DNA of 64,000 nt, from positions 82,213-146,212 of the forward strand of contig JBJLBO010000001.1 of assembly GCA_045568115.1 (NCBI GenBank), in the 5' to 3' direction. The notes under the pieces were generated by a model. The model saw only the letters and a program-made list of their open reading frames with translations, ran no database searches and was not told the origin of the DNA. The DNA comes from Candidatus Thalassarchaeaceae archaeon (lineage in GTDB: Archaea; Thermoplasmatota; Poseidoniia; Poseidoniales; Thalassarchaeaceae). The position numbers were made by a program, and so were the translations under genes. Shown one piece after another: positions 10,949 through 21,978 of this stretch. Numbering within the stretch: position 1 is the stretch's first letter; each line of letters starts with the position of its first letter.

Positions 10949-11043
10949 GGCTTTGGGGATACTACAGCGGATTTAATTACAGTGGTGACAAGTGTGTGGA
11001 ACACAATGATGAGCATTTGGAAATTAAAAGAAAAATAAGAAAG

Positions 11044-12267
11044 TTATTGCTCTAATTCGAATCCAACATTTTCAGACCATCTAACGACATTTAATTCGCC
11101 ATATCCATTTTTCAGGTCATGAGAAGAATCAGAATTCATAGCAGAATTTGCTAGGGCACGCTTAACAAGAAACATCCCCTCTTGATCAATTTCTCCATTA
11201 TCGCCACGAAGTTTTTCACCATGAATTTCAAGAATTATTGCTAAAGCTGATGATACAAGAACCGTTGAATCCGAAGTCCCACTAGAATAAGCATAAGATG
11301 GTTTTATTGATGTAGAAACCGTCGAAAAAATCATCACACCTGGTGCTGTCACCTCTGGCTTTTGATTTGGATATTGGCGAAGTTCTCCGGTACTAGGATC
11401 CTGTTCTGAACCCATTGAACTATTTCTCCATACTTCACCGTTTCTTGTTGTCGCACCAACTGCAATTACGCGCTCAATATTAGCAGGAGTAGATACATCA
11501 CTAACCGAAGATTCAATTCCATTATTTCCTGCAGCAGCCACAACAAATACTCCTGCATCCAGTGCTTCATTAACGGCCACTGAAGTTTCAGACTCAAAAC
11601 CTCCTGTACTTCCATCTGGATCACCTCCAAGACTTAGGCTGATTATATCGACATTCTGAGAAATCCAGCACCAACGAATAGCACTTGCAACGCTATCAAT
11701 CTGCCCTGCAGATCCATCTGGCCCTAAAGCAATTGCAATTGATACGGAAACTTCGGGTGCAGCACCAACATAGGTACTATTCGCTAACATCAATCCTGCC
11801 ATTTGAGTCCCATGATAATTTTGACCTACATCTCTAACTTCATCATTCTTCTCAACATAAAAATCACGGAAACCCACGAGATTTACTCCAGAAAATTCAG
11901 GATGATTTATGTCAATCCCAGTGTCTACAATGCATACATGTACCCCTTCTCCAAAGTAGCCCTCAGATTGTATTTCTCTAAATCCTGAATTTTCATAGGC
12001 CCACTCTGAGTCAGGTAGAATCGGAGCAATATAGGCTTGTATCCAGGGCCATGAAATAAGCAGTAAAATAGTTCCAATTGAGAACGACACTGCACCCCAA
12101 GGCCAAAGAAATTCTTTCATCTGACCTACTGGCCATCTCAACTCCCTAGCTTCTTGATCACTGATCCCATAGGCAGCACCAAGATAACCTGGTGCATCGG
12201 GGTCAACTGCAGTCAGAAGCCTAGTGTCTTCAGGCTCTGGCATCAACTCAAGATGTTCTATGACCAT
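11044..12267 (-). CDS. S8 family (subtilisin-like) serine peptidase, membrane-anchored
   Basis: Catalytic triad motifs IVDTGID, HGTQMAG and SGTSDS; oxyanion AAAGN; TM helix near residues 53-75. Confidence 0.9.
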   Translation of the reverse strand: MVIEHLELMPEPEDTRLLTAVDPDAPGYLGAAYGISDQEARELRWPVGQMKEFLWPWGAVSFSIGTILLLISWPWIQAYIAPILPDSEWAYENSGFREIQSEGYFGEGVHVCIVDTGIDINHPEFSGVNLVGFRDFYVEKNDEVRDVGQNYHGTQMAGLMLANSTYVGAAPEVSVSIAIALGPDGSAGQIDSVASAIRWCWISQNVDIISLSLGGDPDGSTGGFESETSVAVNEALDAGVFVVAAAGNNGIESSVSDVSTPANIERVIAVGATTRNGEVWRNSSMGSEQDPSTGELRQYPNQKPEVTAPGVMIFSTVSTSIKPSYAYSSGTSDSTVLVSSALAIILEIHGEKLRGDNGEIDQEGMFLVKRALANSAMNSDSSHDLKNGYGELNVVRWSENVGFELEQ

Positions 12268-12322
12268 GTCCTCGCCGATTCGCCTGCTACTCTACTAATG
12301 AGAATTTGTGTTAATATAACTC

Positions 12323-15300
12323 TCAGAATGGAGCACCGGGTCGTCGGGAACCGCCCCTTGTAAGATACCAACCCGCTAGAAGAAGCATTGCAACAAGAAC
12401 CCACATAATTGAACTAGTAGCAGTAGAGTCATCTACTGCTGGAGATTTCATAGTATACCTCTTTGGATCAAATTTATCAGATTCCTCGTTGACATCATCG
12501 CCCTCTAGGATAAAATCAACCCAAATATCATCAGGTTGGTCGAATGAAGTCATATCAAGATCTATGAAAACGAACTCTTCATTTCCAGCAGCAACATCTA
12601 CGGTTCTCGTAGTATTTATCGAAGTTCCTCTAATTGTAGCATTTACAGTGATTTGAGAAGCATCAACTAAGCCATTATTCTCAACAGTAACAATGAATGA
12701 ATTATACTGACCAAAGATGACATCAGAAGAAGAAACATCTGTGATTTCGGGATTTGGTAAGGATGTTTGCACATGAATAGGGATAGCTGGGTAACTACCT
12801 CCATTCTTATCTGTCACAGATACGCTAATTGTGAAATCCTCGTCTCCAGTCGCATTAAGAGGTGCTTTCACCTTAACTGTATGAGTCGTATCGGAAAAAG
12901 CACCCAAAGTATGGCTTGTAGAACCGGTCCTAAGCCAATTAGTTGGTAATTGACTATCATCAAATTCAAACTCAAACTTTTCATCACCGTTTCCGGTATT
13001 GGTAAACATAATTGGGATTTCTAATTCCTGCCCAGGTCGTATTCCATAAACTTCTAGCATTTCCTCTGTTAACTCAAATCCATGATGTTGCGGCACTCTC
13101 AATTTCAACTCGTGCTGGACCATATATCCGTCCTGTGAGCTGAATTTGATTGCAACCATATGTCCGTCAGATAGAGACCGGGCAGTAGACCAATTTGCAG
13201 GCTCAATTCTAACCTTGAGTTCCAAAGAAGTATTATCATTTTGTAGACCTAAGTTGAATGAGAATTGATTCTGCCATGACTCTCCTGTACTATTGTAGAA
13301 ACTTACATTCCAAAAATCGCCATCAGATCCAGGGACACTGCCTAATACTGAATATGTAGAAACAGTTTCGTGGCCTAGATAATCTAACAAGATTGTGAAC
13401 TCAACAGGGGTGTATTCTTCATCAATAAACAATATTTCTACATCTGAAATATCTCCATCCGATGCATTTCCACCAATCATAACAGTAGTATGTGTGTCAA
13501 TCTCATGGCTCGAACTTCGAGTGAAAGTAAGTTCATTGCTTACGGATGCAATGATACCAGTACTTGAAGATGGAATATTGATATTATTTGCTGCTTCATA
13601 ACTCATATCCCTATCCATTTGAGGCGACAGGAACTCACTATTTATTTCAGCAGAACCTGATGGCAGAAGAATTGAGAACCCTCCACTATCATCTAATATT
13701 GCATCCCACTCAAGACCATTACCAAGCGAAATTGTGAATTCAAGCTCAAAGACACCTTCAGAAGATAGATTATGAGATGAACCATCATAATCAATCCATT
13801 GAGAGACTAAGTCTAACCATCCTCCAAAGATAAGTTCAGAATCAACAGAACCACCTTCAGAAATATCAGCATCAACAATAGACATTGCTACAAGATTCAA
13901 ACTTTCTACAGAAGCTGAGATAATCCACTCTCCTGGCTCAACGGATGCATACCAAGCACCGTGCCAAGCACCATTTTCCATTACTAGTGTTGGAGTTACA
14001 CGATCCCTAACCAATCCCTGAGTTGGAATTAATTCCAGAACAATTTCAGAAGCAAAATCGTGGATATTGGAGTGTGTAATGTTTCCAAATATCTCAACTT
14101 GTCCTGCTGTAAGCTCAATTTCAACAGAGTTTGGTGCACTCATTGATATTGATTCACTCTCGTCTGAAAACCCTAATCTATTGGTTAAAACAAGCCAACT
14201 TGTGTTCACTGGGACATAGACATTCCAATCTCCAGCACTATCAGTTACTAAAGAAATATTATCTAAGCCATCACTAGTCATTATTACAGTAGCATTAGGC
14301 ACCCCTTCACCTACATCGGCATCATCATCGTCATCATGATCCCAGAAAATAGTCCCCGACATCTCAACCAATGTTGAAACAGACAAGTTTATCTGACCAT
14401 TCTGGCCTCTTTGTAGACCATCTTGAATAAGTTCTATTGATTCAACTAAGTATCTTGTTCGTTCAACTGTTTGGTTAACTTCAACATTCCACGAACCAGG
14501 ATAAAGGATTCCCTCAGAAAGACCTGATGCATCAGATAAATCGAGATGGACTTTACCAAGTCCTTCATTTGACGTTAAAGTAATATCCAAATTATCAACT
14601 GGGTTATTTTCCTCATCGGACATAAGCACTGTGAATGTTGCCATCTCACTTGTAGAAAGAGTGTGGTTCAGGTTAGCATTTGCCTCGGAGACTGTAAGTA
14701 ATGTACGCAACCCTTCCTCTACACCTTCATCTGAAGTAATTGAATCAATAACAACAATCCATTCACCCTCTGGAAGATGGTCTATGATTGAACCACTGGA
14801 ATCTGTTACTCGAGAAAGAATCCATCCAGTTTCTGAATTAATAAATTTGACATTCTGACTGACTAATTCAGAGCCTACATAATCTGTAATATTCAGACTG
14901 ACTCGCCATTCAGGTTCAAAACCGATATATCTAGATACGGAATCATCGGAGAAGCCAACATCGACACTTGTATCTCCAGTGAGTATCATAGTTCCAAACA
15001 ATTCATACAATTCTGGATCTGACAATTGAACGTCAATCCTGTAAGAGCCTGCCTCTATTGGAACCAAAGCATGCCCGAAGGAAGTCCAAACTAATTCATC
15101 AGAAGAAGAGATATTGTAATCCATACCTGCGTTGTTTAGTGATATTAATGAGAAATCATATTGCACAGGAGAACCATTACTAACATTATTGTCGCCACTG
15201 TAATCAAGGAAGAAATCAATTTCAACGTAAGAATTTTCAGGGAATGAAAGCAAATCGATAGTATCATTCTCGCCATCAACAATTAGGTGAGTTTCTGAAA

Positions 15301-18300
15301 TATTAAGCCAAGTCACATCTGTTGTGAAGGACCATTCACCAGGAGGTAGATCCGAGCTGAATGTACCATCTTCAAGTAATTCCATTACCCATATTGCCTC
15401 ATAAGTATCATGTGTCGCGAAAACAGTAGTGGGTTCCCAACCAATAAGATCGGAGGAGAATAAATTTCCGACTCTATTGACATTGATTGCGCCATTGACT
15501 TCGAATCCAGATTTAGCAACCATACTGATGTTTTCCATACCATCAGTAACGGTAAATCTAGTACCATTGACTTTATTCTGAACTCCAGCAAAAACGAAAG
15601 CATCTACGGTGACACCAATTGGTAATTCTACGTTGAATACTCCTTCGCTACCAGTAGTAGTAGTTGTAGAAAATCCATCCCAATAAAACTCAACGGTTCC
15701 GCCTTCAATAGGAACTAAAACACTGGTCTCTTCTGTTTCATTTGTTTGTACATTAATTGCTTCTTCAATTGATTCGTACTCAACTGACCCAGTCACAGTA
15801 GTAGATTCATGGAAAGTGAAATTATATTCAGAATCGGACTCAACAACAATTCTCTCCCAAAGTTGCATCATGGAATCGGATATATCTGAACTCAATACCC
15901 ATTCGCCTTCAATTAATTCAACATAGTAATGTCCATGCTCTGAATCATAAATTGCTATAACATCAGAATTAGAACCATCAACACTAGTCATTGTAACGTT
16001 AGCATCGATGACATTTACCTCTGTACCATTATCCATCCTGTCAAGATTGAAAGAAATGTCGTAAGTAACGGGTATTGGGGTTGGGAATTCAACAGAGGTT
16101 CCTTCCTCAGCGTCGAACACATGAGATATTTCGGCTTCACTGAAGCCATCCGAATCCATGTCTAGAACTACTGTGTAGTTTCCAGGAATAACAGGCCCAT
16201 AGCTGAACAAACCAGAATCGTCAGAAGAAATTGTGCAAGGAGCGAAGTAAACTTCTGAGCACTCACCATTTGTAATTACCGTGGTGTTATTAGCATGATA
16301 TAAGATTACAGAATCGACTAAATTATTACCATTAGAATCAACTAGCGTACCGTTAACAAATCCTCCAGATACATCAATCTCATTTGGAGCTATAGTACCA
16401 GAATATGGCACAGTGAATCCATCAAGAATATCAATCTTAGAGCCATCAGAAAATACAACTGAGACATCATATTTACCAGGAATAGCGCCCATAAGATGGA
16501 AAGTGCCTTCATTGACCATCTCTCCACTAAAGTGTCCCTCTCCACTAAACATTCCAGTTCCATTTATTGTACCATATGACTCTAGTGAATCATCACTTGA
16601 ATCGACTACAAATATCCCCGAGCCAGAAAGAGAGGAACCATTCAATGTCTGTGTAAAAGACGAGGTCCCATTGGATGTGAACTTTCCAGTAGCATTCACG
16701 ATTCCCTCAATTAGGTAATTATCTAATGATAATGAACAAATGCTGTGATTTTCAAGCATTGTTCCATTTTGGTTACAATTTTCGACTTCAATGGTGTCAT
16801 CAATTGTACCCACTAGTGTCCCGATTCCATTGAATTCACCATCTCCAGAAAGGCTGTGGCCATTGAGGATATTTTGTGTATATGTACCAACAAAATTTTC
16901 AATTGTTGCAATTTCTGTTGTTGTCACAGAGCCTGCGCCGGTAAATGTGACCTCACCAGAACCTTGGAATGTCAAATCAGAACCAGAAACTGTTCCCGTA
17001 GATGTTTCGAGAGTAATTGGAGGAAGAGAAATTTTATCCCATGAAGGAGATAATTCTACAACTGCGTTTGTGATAGCTTCTCCTGAAAATTGATCATGGC
17101 CATCCCATGTTAATAGTCCAGTTGCAAACGATGGCGCCACAAGTATGTCTGCATCAATATGGGATTCGCCATTACTATGACCATCTAAGCCAGATATATT
17201 GACTATTGTTTCCGCTAACCACTGTGAGCCGGAAACGTTTCCAAGGATTCCTGTTATTGGATTTATGCGACGTTCATCTGAGTAAGATTCTGTGGCGACA
17301 TCTTGTAGCATCCCCACTGACCCACCAGATAACTGAGATCGTGCAATGTCTAAATCAGGTTCACCAAAGAAAGCACTAACTCGAATTTTTCCAGCTGGAG
17401 CAATAAAGGAGTAAGCGCCGTTTTCATCCGCATCTACTGTACCTATTGGGATCCAATAAGTTCGCTGATCTCTATCAATTACATTTCCATCAGCATCAGC
17501 AATTTCTTCGCCACTAAAGGCATCTCTCTCTATTAAGATACGAGCGTTAGGGATTGGTCCTATTCCATCTAATTCAACAGTTCCTTCAATAGTCGCACCA
17601 CTGTAGTACTTGACAACCTTGACATTAGTATTTGCACGTCCAATTGCTGAGTACCCACCATCAAAGACATCCGGGATGCTGTTATTATCCTCATCAGGAG
17701 AATCGGAACCATCGTCATACCAATTTGCAATTACGAAATGATTCATCATTGCTCCAGGGAGTGGATATGCATTCTGAAGAGCTGAATTTGGAGTTCCAGT
17801 TGTACCCCAAGTAGGACCGGGTTGCACCACATCTCCAGATAGGCCTAAACTAGTACTGCCATAACCAACGTAAATTCTAGCAATCATTGTTTCGAAGAAG
17901 TCTTCAGTATGAGTGTATCGTATATCATTTAGACGTATGATTTGAGAGGAATCAGTTAGAGAACCTGATTGTTGTGCAACGATATCGGCCAAGTATGCTT
18001 TTTCATATGCTTCAGCGGACATTATTATTTCTGGATCAGAGCCTTTCTGAGTAATATATTCAGAAATCATATAGTCATTTGGATCAAGGCCAGACAAAGT
18101 AGTTGGCGCATAGAAAATCCCTGTAGTTTGGCCACGGTGATAACTTGAATCCTCGTAATACTTTCCACCTAGAGGATACAATCTGTCATCTACTGCGAAA
18201 TAACGGATATCATTAGTTCGAACTATTGTCTCGCCTGTTTGTCCCTCATAATCCTGTACCTCATACTCTATAGAAGTGCTCAAATCATGATAAAGATCCA

Positions 18301-21300
18301 CGATTTGATCAAGTGATAGAATCGTATTCAAGAATAAACGTGACAAGGCAAGGCGAGAATTGGCTCGGTGGAGGTGAGTGGAGATATCATCGAATTCTTC
18401 AATTAAGTCACTAGTATACCTATAATCTCCTATGTAATAGTGAGATATATCAAAAGAAATATCTTGGATGTTTTGGCACCGACCACCTGTCGATACAAAA
18501 GATGCGGCATCACATGGTAATGAATCGTTAAATGAATTCCTTGCAGCAGACTCATCATTCGTTTTGTTCCCAATTATAATACCGTTTTCTGTAACTTGCC
18601 AACTTGGCTCCATTGGAAGTCCATTCGAATCTATTTCAGAACCATATAATATCTCTAGAGAAACTGATTCACCAAATTGATTCACACCAGCAGCATGCGA
18701 ATATACAGCCAATGAGCGTGCTTCAACGAAAGAAGAGTCACCCATTCCGTAAGACATTATTGCTTCAAACTCACCTTTCTGCTCCTCAGTCATATATTCA
18801 TCAAGTATTCCTGAGAATTCATTCGTGAAGCCTGAGTCTGATTGATCATAACTCCTGTCGCCTTGAGCAAGGGTAGTGATGAATAAGGCAAGCGTATCCT
18901 CCTGACCAGAGGACAGTAACATACCTCCACTTTGTGGAATCCCTGTCTGGAAGTTATCTGCTACAGTTGGATGTTCTCCTGAATCAAGAGCTTGGAAACC
19001 ATAGTCCCACCATGAAACAAATGCAGGACGATTACCAAAGGGAACTTCAGAGTCCTGCTCAGATAGCCACTCATAGGCTAAATTCCATCCTCCGCCATTG
19101 AAACCAGGGCCAAATGTCCCCATGTACCAACAACCGTTTCCACATGATTCCGAGGGATTATGGTCAGAACTATCGAATAGAGAAAGACCTAAGGCCTCAT
19201 ATCTAAATATATCAGGAGTGAAATCATAAATGGTTTGGTCAACATCACTCGATGCAGTTTCTCCTCTAGGAATTCCTGAATCCAGCCCATAAGTTAGATG
19301 CTGAGAAGCAATTAACATGAAAACAAGCATTAATGCAGGAATCATTGGATGCTTCTGGCTAGCAGGACGAATTGAATTGAAGCGAGTACGCGGAGTACCA
19401 ATACCTGATCGGCGCCACTCCTTGACAAAGCCAGAGAAATTTGCCATCTTCCATAAAGACGAAATTCCTAGAGCACCTACTATTGCAATAGCAGGTGTTG
19501 CATTGAAGATAAATCGACCTGCAGACCATGCCATATAGATGGATATCAGAACCCAAAGACCAAGAAGGGATTTACCTTGTTTTTCATCTCGAGCCCCTCT
19601 CCAGAGAAGTATGAATGAATAACCCACTGCTATGAGAGCAACTACGGGTCCGTATGAAGCAAATAAAACCCCGCGACTAGGTGCCTGTGCTTCACCAATT
19701 GTTCCAAAAATCTTGTTCTTTGAGAAATAGAATCCACCGGTAAACAAAATGTCCCAGCCATCATAAATCTCTGCTTCTTGGAGTATCCATAGAATTGAAA
19801 GAATTCCTCCAAATAGAGCAATTCCACTACCTAGAATCAACAACCAAGGTTTATCTCGGAAAGAACAAGAAACCCATCCGAGAGCAAAGGTGAATCCTAC
19901 AATGTAAAACATTGGTTGGAAACCACTAGGAGCCATAAGAAGATTCATCTCAGGCCATATGTAGAATGGTAATGGCATAATGAATGTAGTTAGCATCATC
20001 TGCAAAGCTACAGAAGTCAATGGGAGGCTGTCCCTCCTGCGGAACATATTAAGTAGAATTTGGACTGAAAATGCAAGAAAGAGAATTCCTGGACCGTAAA
20101 CAAATCCTTTCCAACCTAGTGCAACAGTTGAGAAACTAATTCCAGCCAAAGTTGCATTTGCCATCGATTGAGGATTTCTGCGCCACATCTCTCGTATTCC
20201 TGCAATCAAATACAGTGGATTTGGGCTTGGATTTATGAAAAGCCTCTCATTACTAATTTTATCAATTGCAGTAACCCAGAAGTAAAAGGCTAGCGTAAGG
20301 AAAAGTAGAGCAAATGAATCGTGATCTGCAAGAGCAAATGTGGAATGACTAATGTGTCCTGGCATTAAAGCCATTAACCAAGCAGCTATAATTCCAGCCT
20401 GATTACTGTGCAAACGACGAGAAAGCCCAGATACAGGTAGGACAATCAAGGCACCAAATATAGCGGGGAATAACGCTACTGACCACCAAACTGACTCATC
20501 AGTTGACATTCCAGTGACCCACTCAATTGCGATTCCTCCAAGAGCTAAACACCAAGAGAAAAGAGGGGGTCGTGGATTAATTCCACCCATAGGATAAGCT
20601 CTATCTGCATCAAAAATCAAATGTGTTTGATTAGCTACTATGTAGTCGACTACCCGCTTCATGTACCAAGGGTCAGAACCCCCAGTCATATCCCACAAAC
20701 CAGTAATATTAGCATTCATTGCTGGAAGAACATTCCATCCGGTTCGAACTAAGAATCCGACTATCAAGGCAGAACCAACTAGTATGGAATAACTGTTGGC
20801 TTGCCACCATTGTCTAAACTTACTGGGTTCCCTTCGCGGAGAAATATCACCGAAATAACCTCTTGAAGCTATTAATGCAGCACCGACATTCAACCAAAAG
20901 GTTAGGCCAAACCATGTCCAAGTGCTAGCCGTATCGTTATTACCAAGGAATGTTAGACTAGTAGGTAGGTTGTTTCCAATCTCCACTAGGTGTGCCATTG
21001 TATAAATCACCCAGTTTATTGCAACAATAGATCCGATTACGTGCCATCTTTCAGTTCTACAGAATGCGACAAAAAGAATCACAATTGATGTTGCTAGTGC
21101 CCAGACAGAACCTAGGTAATGATGAGACTCGAATATATCAGCTTCAGTAATTCCTGAAAGCCATAATACAGGGACTAGATTTACAACAAATAGACTGATA
21201 GACGTTGCAATAAATTCTGTACTGGTTTTCCACTCAATAGACTCAGGAATTGCTGAAAATAGATTGTTTTTCCCTGATTCATCCAAATATCCACGAAATA

Positions 21301-21856
21301 GTATTGTTAGGATAGTCCCTAAAACTATTGAAAGGATCCAGAATGCGAAGAAATTCGCCCCTATTCCGGCTCTCTGAATATCGATTAATTGATTACTCTG
21401 CAAGACTGCTTCCTCGGCAAGAGATAGCTCTGGCATCCCTGCAGCATAAGATACTGCAAGATGGAATCCAACTACAATAGATAGCAAAATAGTAGCTTCT
21501 TCATTCCGATTAGCTTGAATCAAGAATGTTGTAGAAATACCCATGAAAGCAAAGGTCGAAATTACAATCGGATCGACCAATGAAAAGAAGTCCATTACCA
21601 CGGCCACAGCAACAAAAGCGAATGAATAAACTAAGAATTTGTTTGGTGTTGCAATTATTCCAATCCTTCCCAAAGCAGCTGCAGTAGCAGCTGCAACGGG
21701 GAGGACGACTAACTTTCCAATATCAATCATCACATCGTCAGCGAAGGCAGTTACTCCAAAGAACAAGACCAGAAGTCCTGCAAGTACCAAAGGAGCTGTT
21801 GCGACACTCTTCATTGAGTTCGCAGCGGCCTCCGCATTTCCTTTTTCATACGACAT
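12323..21856 (-). CDS. aglB: Giant oligosaccharyltransferase AglB (STT3 family) with long C-terminal repeated beta-sandwich extension
   Basis: STT3 motifs GSDPWY, ADHD, TIGE (TIxE), SWWDYG and VADNFQ; multi-TM N-terminal region; more than 1700 aa of extracellular repeats; C-terminal TM helix; GGTGAG RBS-like sequence upstream. Confidence 0.9.
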   Translation of the reverse strand: MSYEKGNAEAAANSMKSVATAPLVLAGLLVLFFGVTAFADDVMIDIGKLVVLPVAAATAAALGRIGIIATPNKFLVYSFAFVAVAVVMDFFSLVDPIVISTFAFMGISTTFLIQANRNEEATILLSIVVGFHLAVSYAAGMPELSLAEEAVLQSNQLIDIQRAGIGANFFAFWILSIVLGTILTILFRGYLDESGKNNLFSAIPESIEWKTSTEFIATSISLFVVNLVPVLWLSGITEADIFESHHYLGSVWALATSIVILFVAFCRTERWHVIGSIVAINWVIYTMAHLVEIGNNLPTSLTFLGNNDTASTWTWFGLTFWLNVGAALIASRGYFGDISPRREPSKFRQWWQANSYSILVGSALIVGFLVRTGWNVLPAMNANITGLWDMTGGSDPWYMKRVVDYIVANQTHLIFDADRAYPMGGINPRPPLFSWCLALGGIAIEWVTGMSTDESVWWSVALFPAIFGALIVLPVSGLSRRLHSNQAGIIAAWLMALMPGHISHSTFALADHDSFALLFLTLAFYFWVTAIDKISNERLFINPSPNPLYLIAGIREMWRRNPQSMANATLAGISFSTVALGWKGFVYGPGILFLAFSVQILLNMFRRRDSLPLTSVALQMMLTTFIMPLPFYIWPEMNLLMAPSGFQPMFYIVGFTFALGWVSCSFRDKPWLLILGSGIALFGGILSILWILQEAEIYDGWDILFTGGFYFSKNKIFGTIGEAQAPSRGVLFASYGPVVALIAVGYSFILLWRGARDEKQGKSLLGLWVLISIYMAWSAGRFIFNATPAIAIVGALGISSLWKMANFSGFVKEWRRSGIGTPRTRFNSIRPASQKHPMIPALMLVFMLIASQHLTYGLDSGIPRGETASSDVDQTIYDFTPDIFRYEALGLSLFDSSDHNPSESCGNGCWYMGTFGPGFNGGGWNLAYEWLSEQDSEVPFGNRPAFVSWWDYGFQALDSGEHPTVADNFQTGIPQSGGMLLSSGQEDTLALFITTLAQGDRSYDQSDSGFTNEFSGILDEYMTEEQKGEFEAIMSYGMGDSSFVEARSLAVYSHAAGVNQFGESVSLEILYGSEIDSNGLPMEPSWQVTENGIIIGNKTNDESAARNSFNDSLPCDAASFVSTGGRCQNIQDISFDISHYYIGDYRYTSDLIEEFDDISTHLHRANSRLALSRLFLNTILSLDQIVDLYHDLSTSIEYEVQDYEGQTGETIVRTNDIRYFAVDDRLYPLGGKYYEDSSYHRGQTTGIFYAPTTLSGLDPNDYMISEYITQKGSDPEIIMSAEAYEKAYLADIVAQQSGSLTDSSQIIRLNDIRYTHTEDFFETMIARIYVGYGSTSLGLSGDVVQPGPTWGTTGTPNSALQNAYPLPGAMMNHFVIANWYDDGSDSPDEDNNSIPDVFDGGYSAIGRANTNVKVVKYYSGATIEGTVELDGIGPIPNARILIERDAFSGEEIADADGNVIDRDQRTYWIPIGTVDADENGAYSFIAPAGKIRVSAFFGEPDLDIARSQLSGGSVGMLQDVATESYSDERRINPITGILGNVSGSQWLAETIVNISGLDGHSNGESHIDADILVAPSFATGLLTWDGHDQFSGEAITNAVVELSPSWDKISLPPITLETSTGTVSGSDLTFQGSGEVTFTGAGSVTTTEIATIENFVGTYTQNILNGHSLSGDGEFNGIGTLVGTIDDTIEVENCNQNGTMLENHSICSLSLDNYLIEGIVNATGKFTSNGTSSFTQTLNGSSLSGSGIFVVDSSDDSLESYGTINGTGMFSGEGHFSGEMVNEGTFHLMGAIPGKYDVSVVFSDGSKIDILDGFTVPYSGTIAPNEIDVSGGFVNGTLVDSNGNNLVDSVILYHANNTTVITNGECSEVYFAPCTISSDDSGLFSYGPVIPGNYTVVLDMDSDGFSEAEISHVFDAEEGTSVEFPTPIPVTYDISFNLDRMDNGTEVNVIDANVTMTSVDGSNSDVIAIYDSEHGHYYVELIEGEWVLSSDISDSMMQLWERIVVESDSEYNFTFHESTTVTGSVEYESIEEAINVQTNETEETSVLVPIEGGTVEFYWDGFSTTTTTGSEGVFNVELPIGVTVDAFVFAGVQNKVNGTRFTVTDGMENISMVAKSGFEVNGAINVNRVGNLFSSDLIGWEPTTVFATHDTYEAIWVMELLEDGTFSSDLPPGEWSFTTDVTWLNISETHLIVDGENDTIDLLSFPENSYVEIDFFLDYSGDNNVSNGSPVQYDFSLISLNNAGMDYNISSSDELVWTSFGHALVPIEAGSYRIDVQLSDPELYELFGTMILTGDTSVDVGFSDDSVSRYIGFEPEWRVSLNITDYVGSELVSQNVKFINSETGWILSRVTDSSGSIIDHLPEGEWIVVIDSITSDEGVEEGLRTLLTVSEANANLNHTLSTSEMATFTVLMSDEENNPVDNLDITLTSNEGLGKVHLDLSDASGLSEGILYPGSWNVEVNQTVERTRYLVESIELIQDGLQRGQNGQINLSVSTLVEMSGTIFWDHDDDDDADVGEGVPNATVIMTSDGLDNISLVTDSAGDWNVYVPVNTSWLVLTNRLGFSDESESISMSAPNSVEIELTAGQVEIFGNITHSNIHDFASEIVLELIPTQGLVRDRVTPTLVMENGAWHGAWYASVEPGEWIISASVESLNLVAMSIVDADISEGGSVDSELIFGGWLDLVSQWIDYDGSSHNLSSEGVFELEFTISLGNGLEWDAILDDSGGFSILLPSGSAEINSEFLSPQMDRDMSYEAANNINIPSSSTGIIASVSNELTFTRSSSHEIDTHTTVMIGGNASDGDISDVEILFIDEEYTPVEFTILLDYLGHETVSTYSVLGSVPGSDGDFWNVSFYNSTGESWQNQFSFNLGLQNDNTSLELKVRIEPANWSTARSLSDGHMVAIKFSSQDGYMVQHELKLRVPQHHGFELTEEMLEVYGIRPGQELEIPIMFTNTGNGDEKFEFEFDDSQLPTNWLRTGSTSHTLGAFSDTTHTVKVKAPLNATGDEDFTISVSVTDKNGGSYPAIPIHVQTSLPNPEITDVSSSDVIFGQYNSFIVTVENNGLVDASQITVNATIRGTSINTTRTVDVAAGNEEFVFIDLDMTSFDQPDDIWVDFILEGDDVNEESDKFDPKRYTMKSPAVDDSTATSSIMWVLVAMLLLAGWYLTRGGSRRPGAPF

Positions 21857-21978
21857 TATTTCTCACCGTCATTTGTGCAGCCTAAAGGCTCAGCAGCGCG
21901 GCGACCTGAAGTCCTGTTATAACCGTTCGCGGTGGTCTCACTACTACGTAGTGTCGCTACATACCAATAATCTAATTT

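Noticed and set aside
12323..21856. Intein as the explanation for the size of AglB
   Set aside because: No intein splice-junction or LAGLIDADG motifs were recognised; the extra length is terminal and repeat-like.
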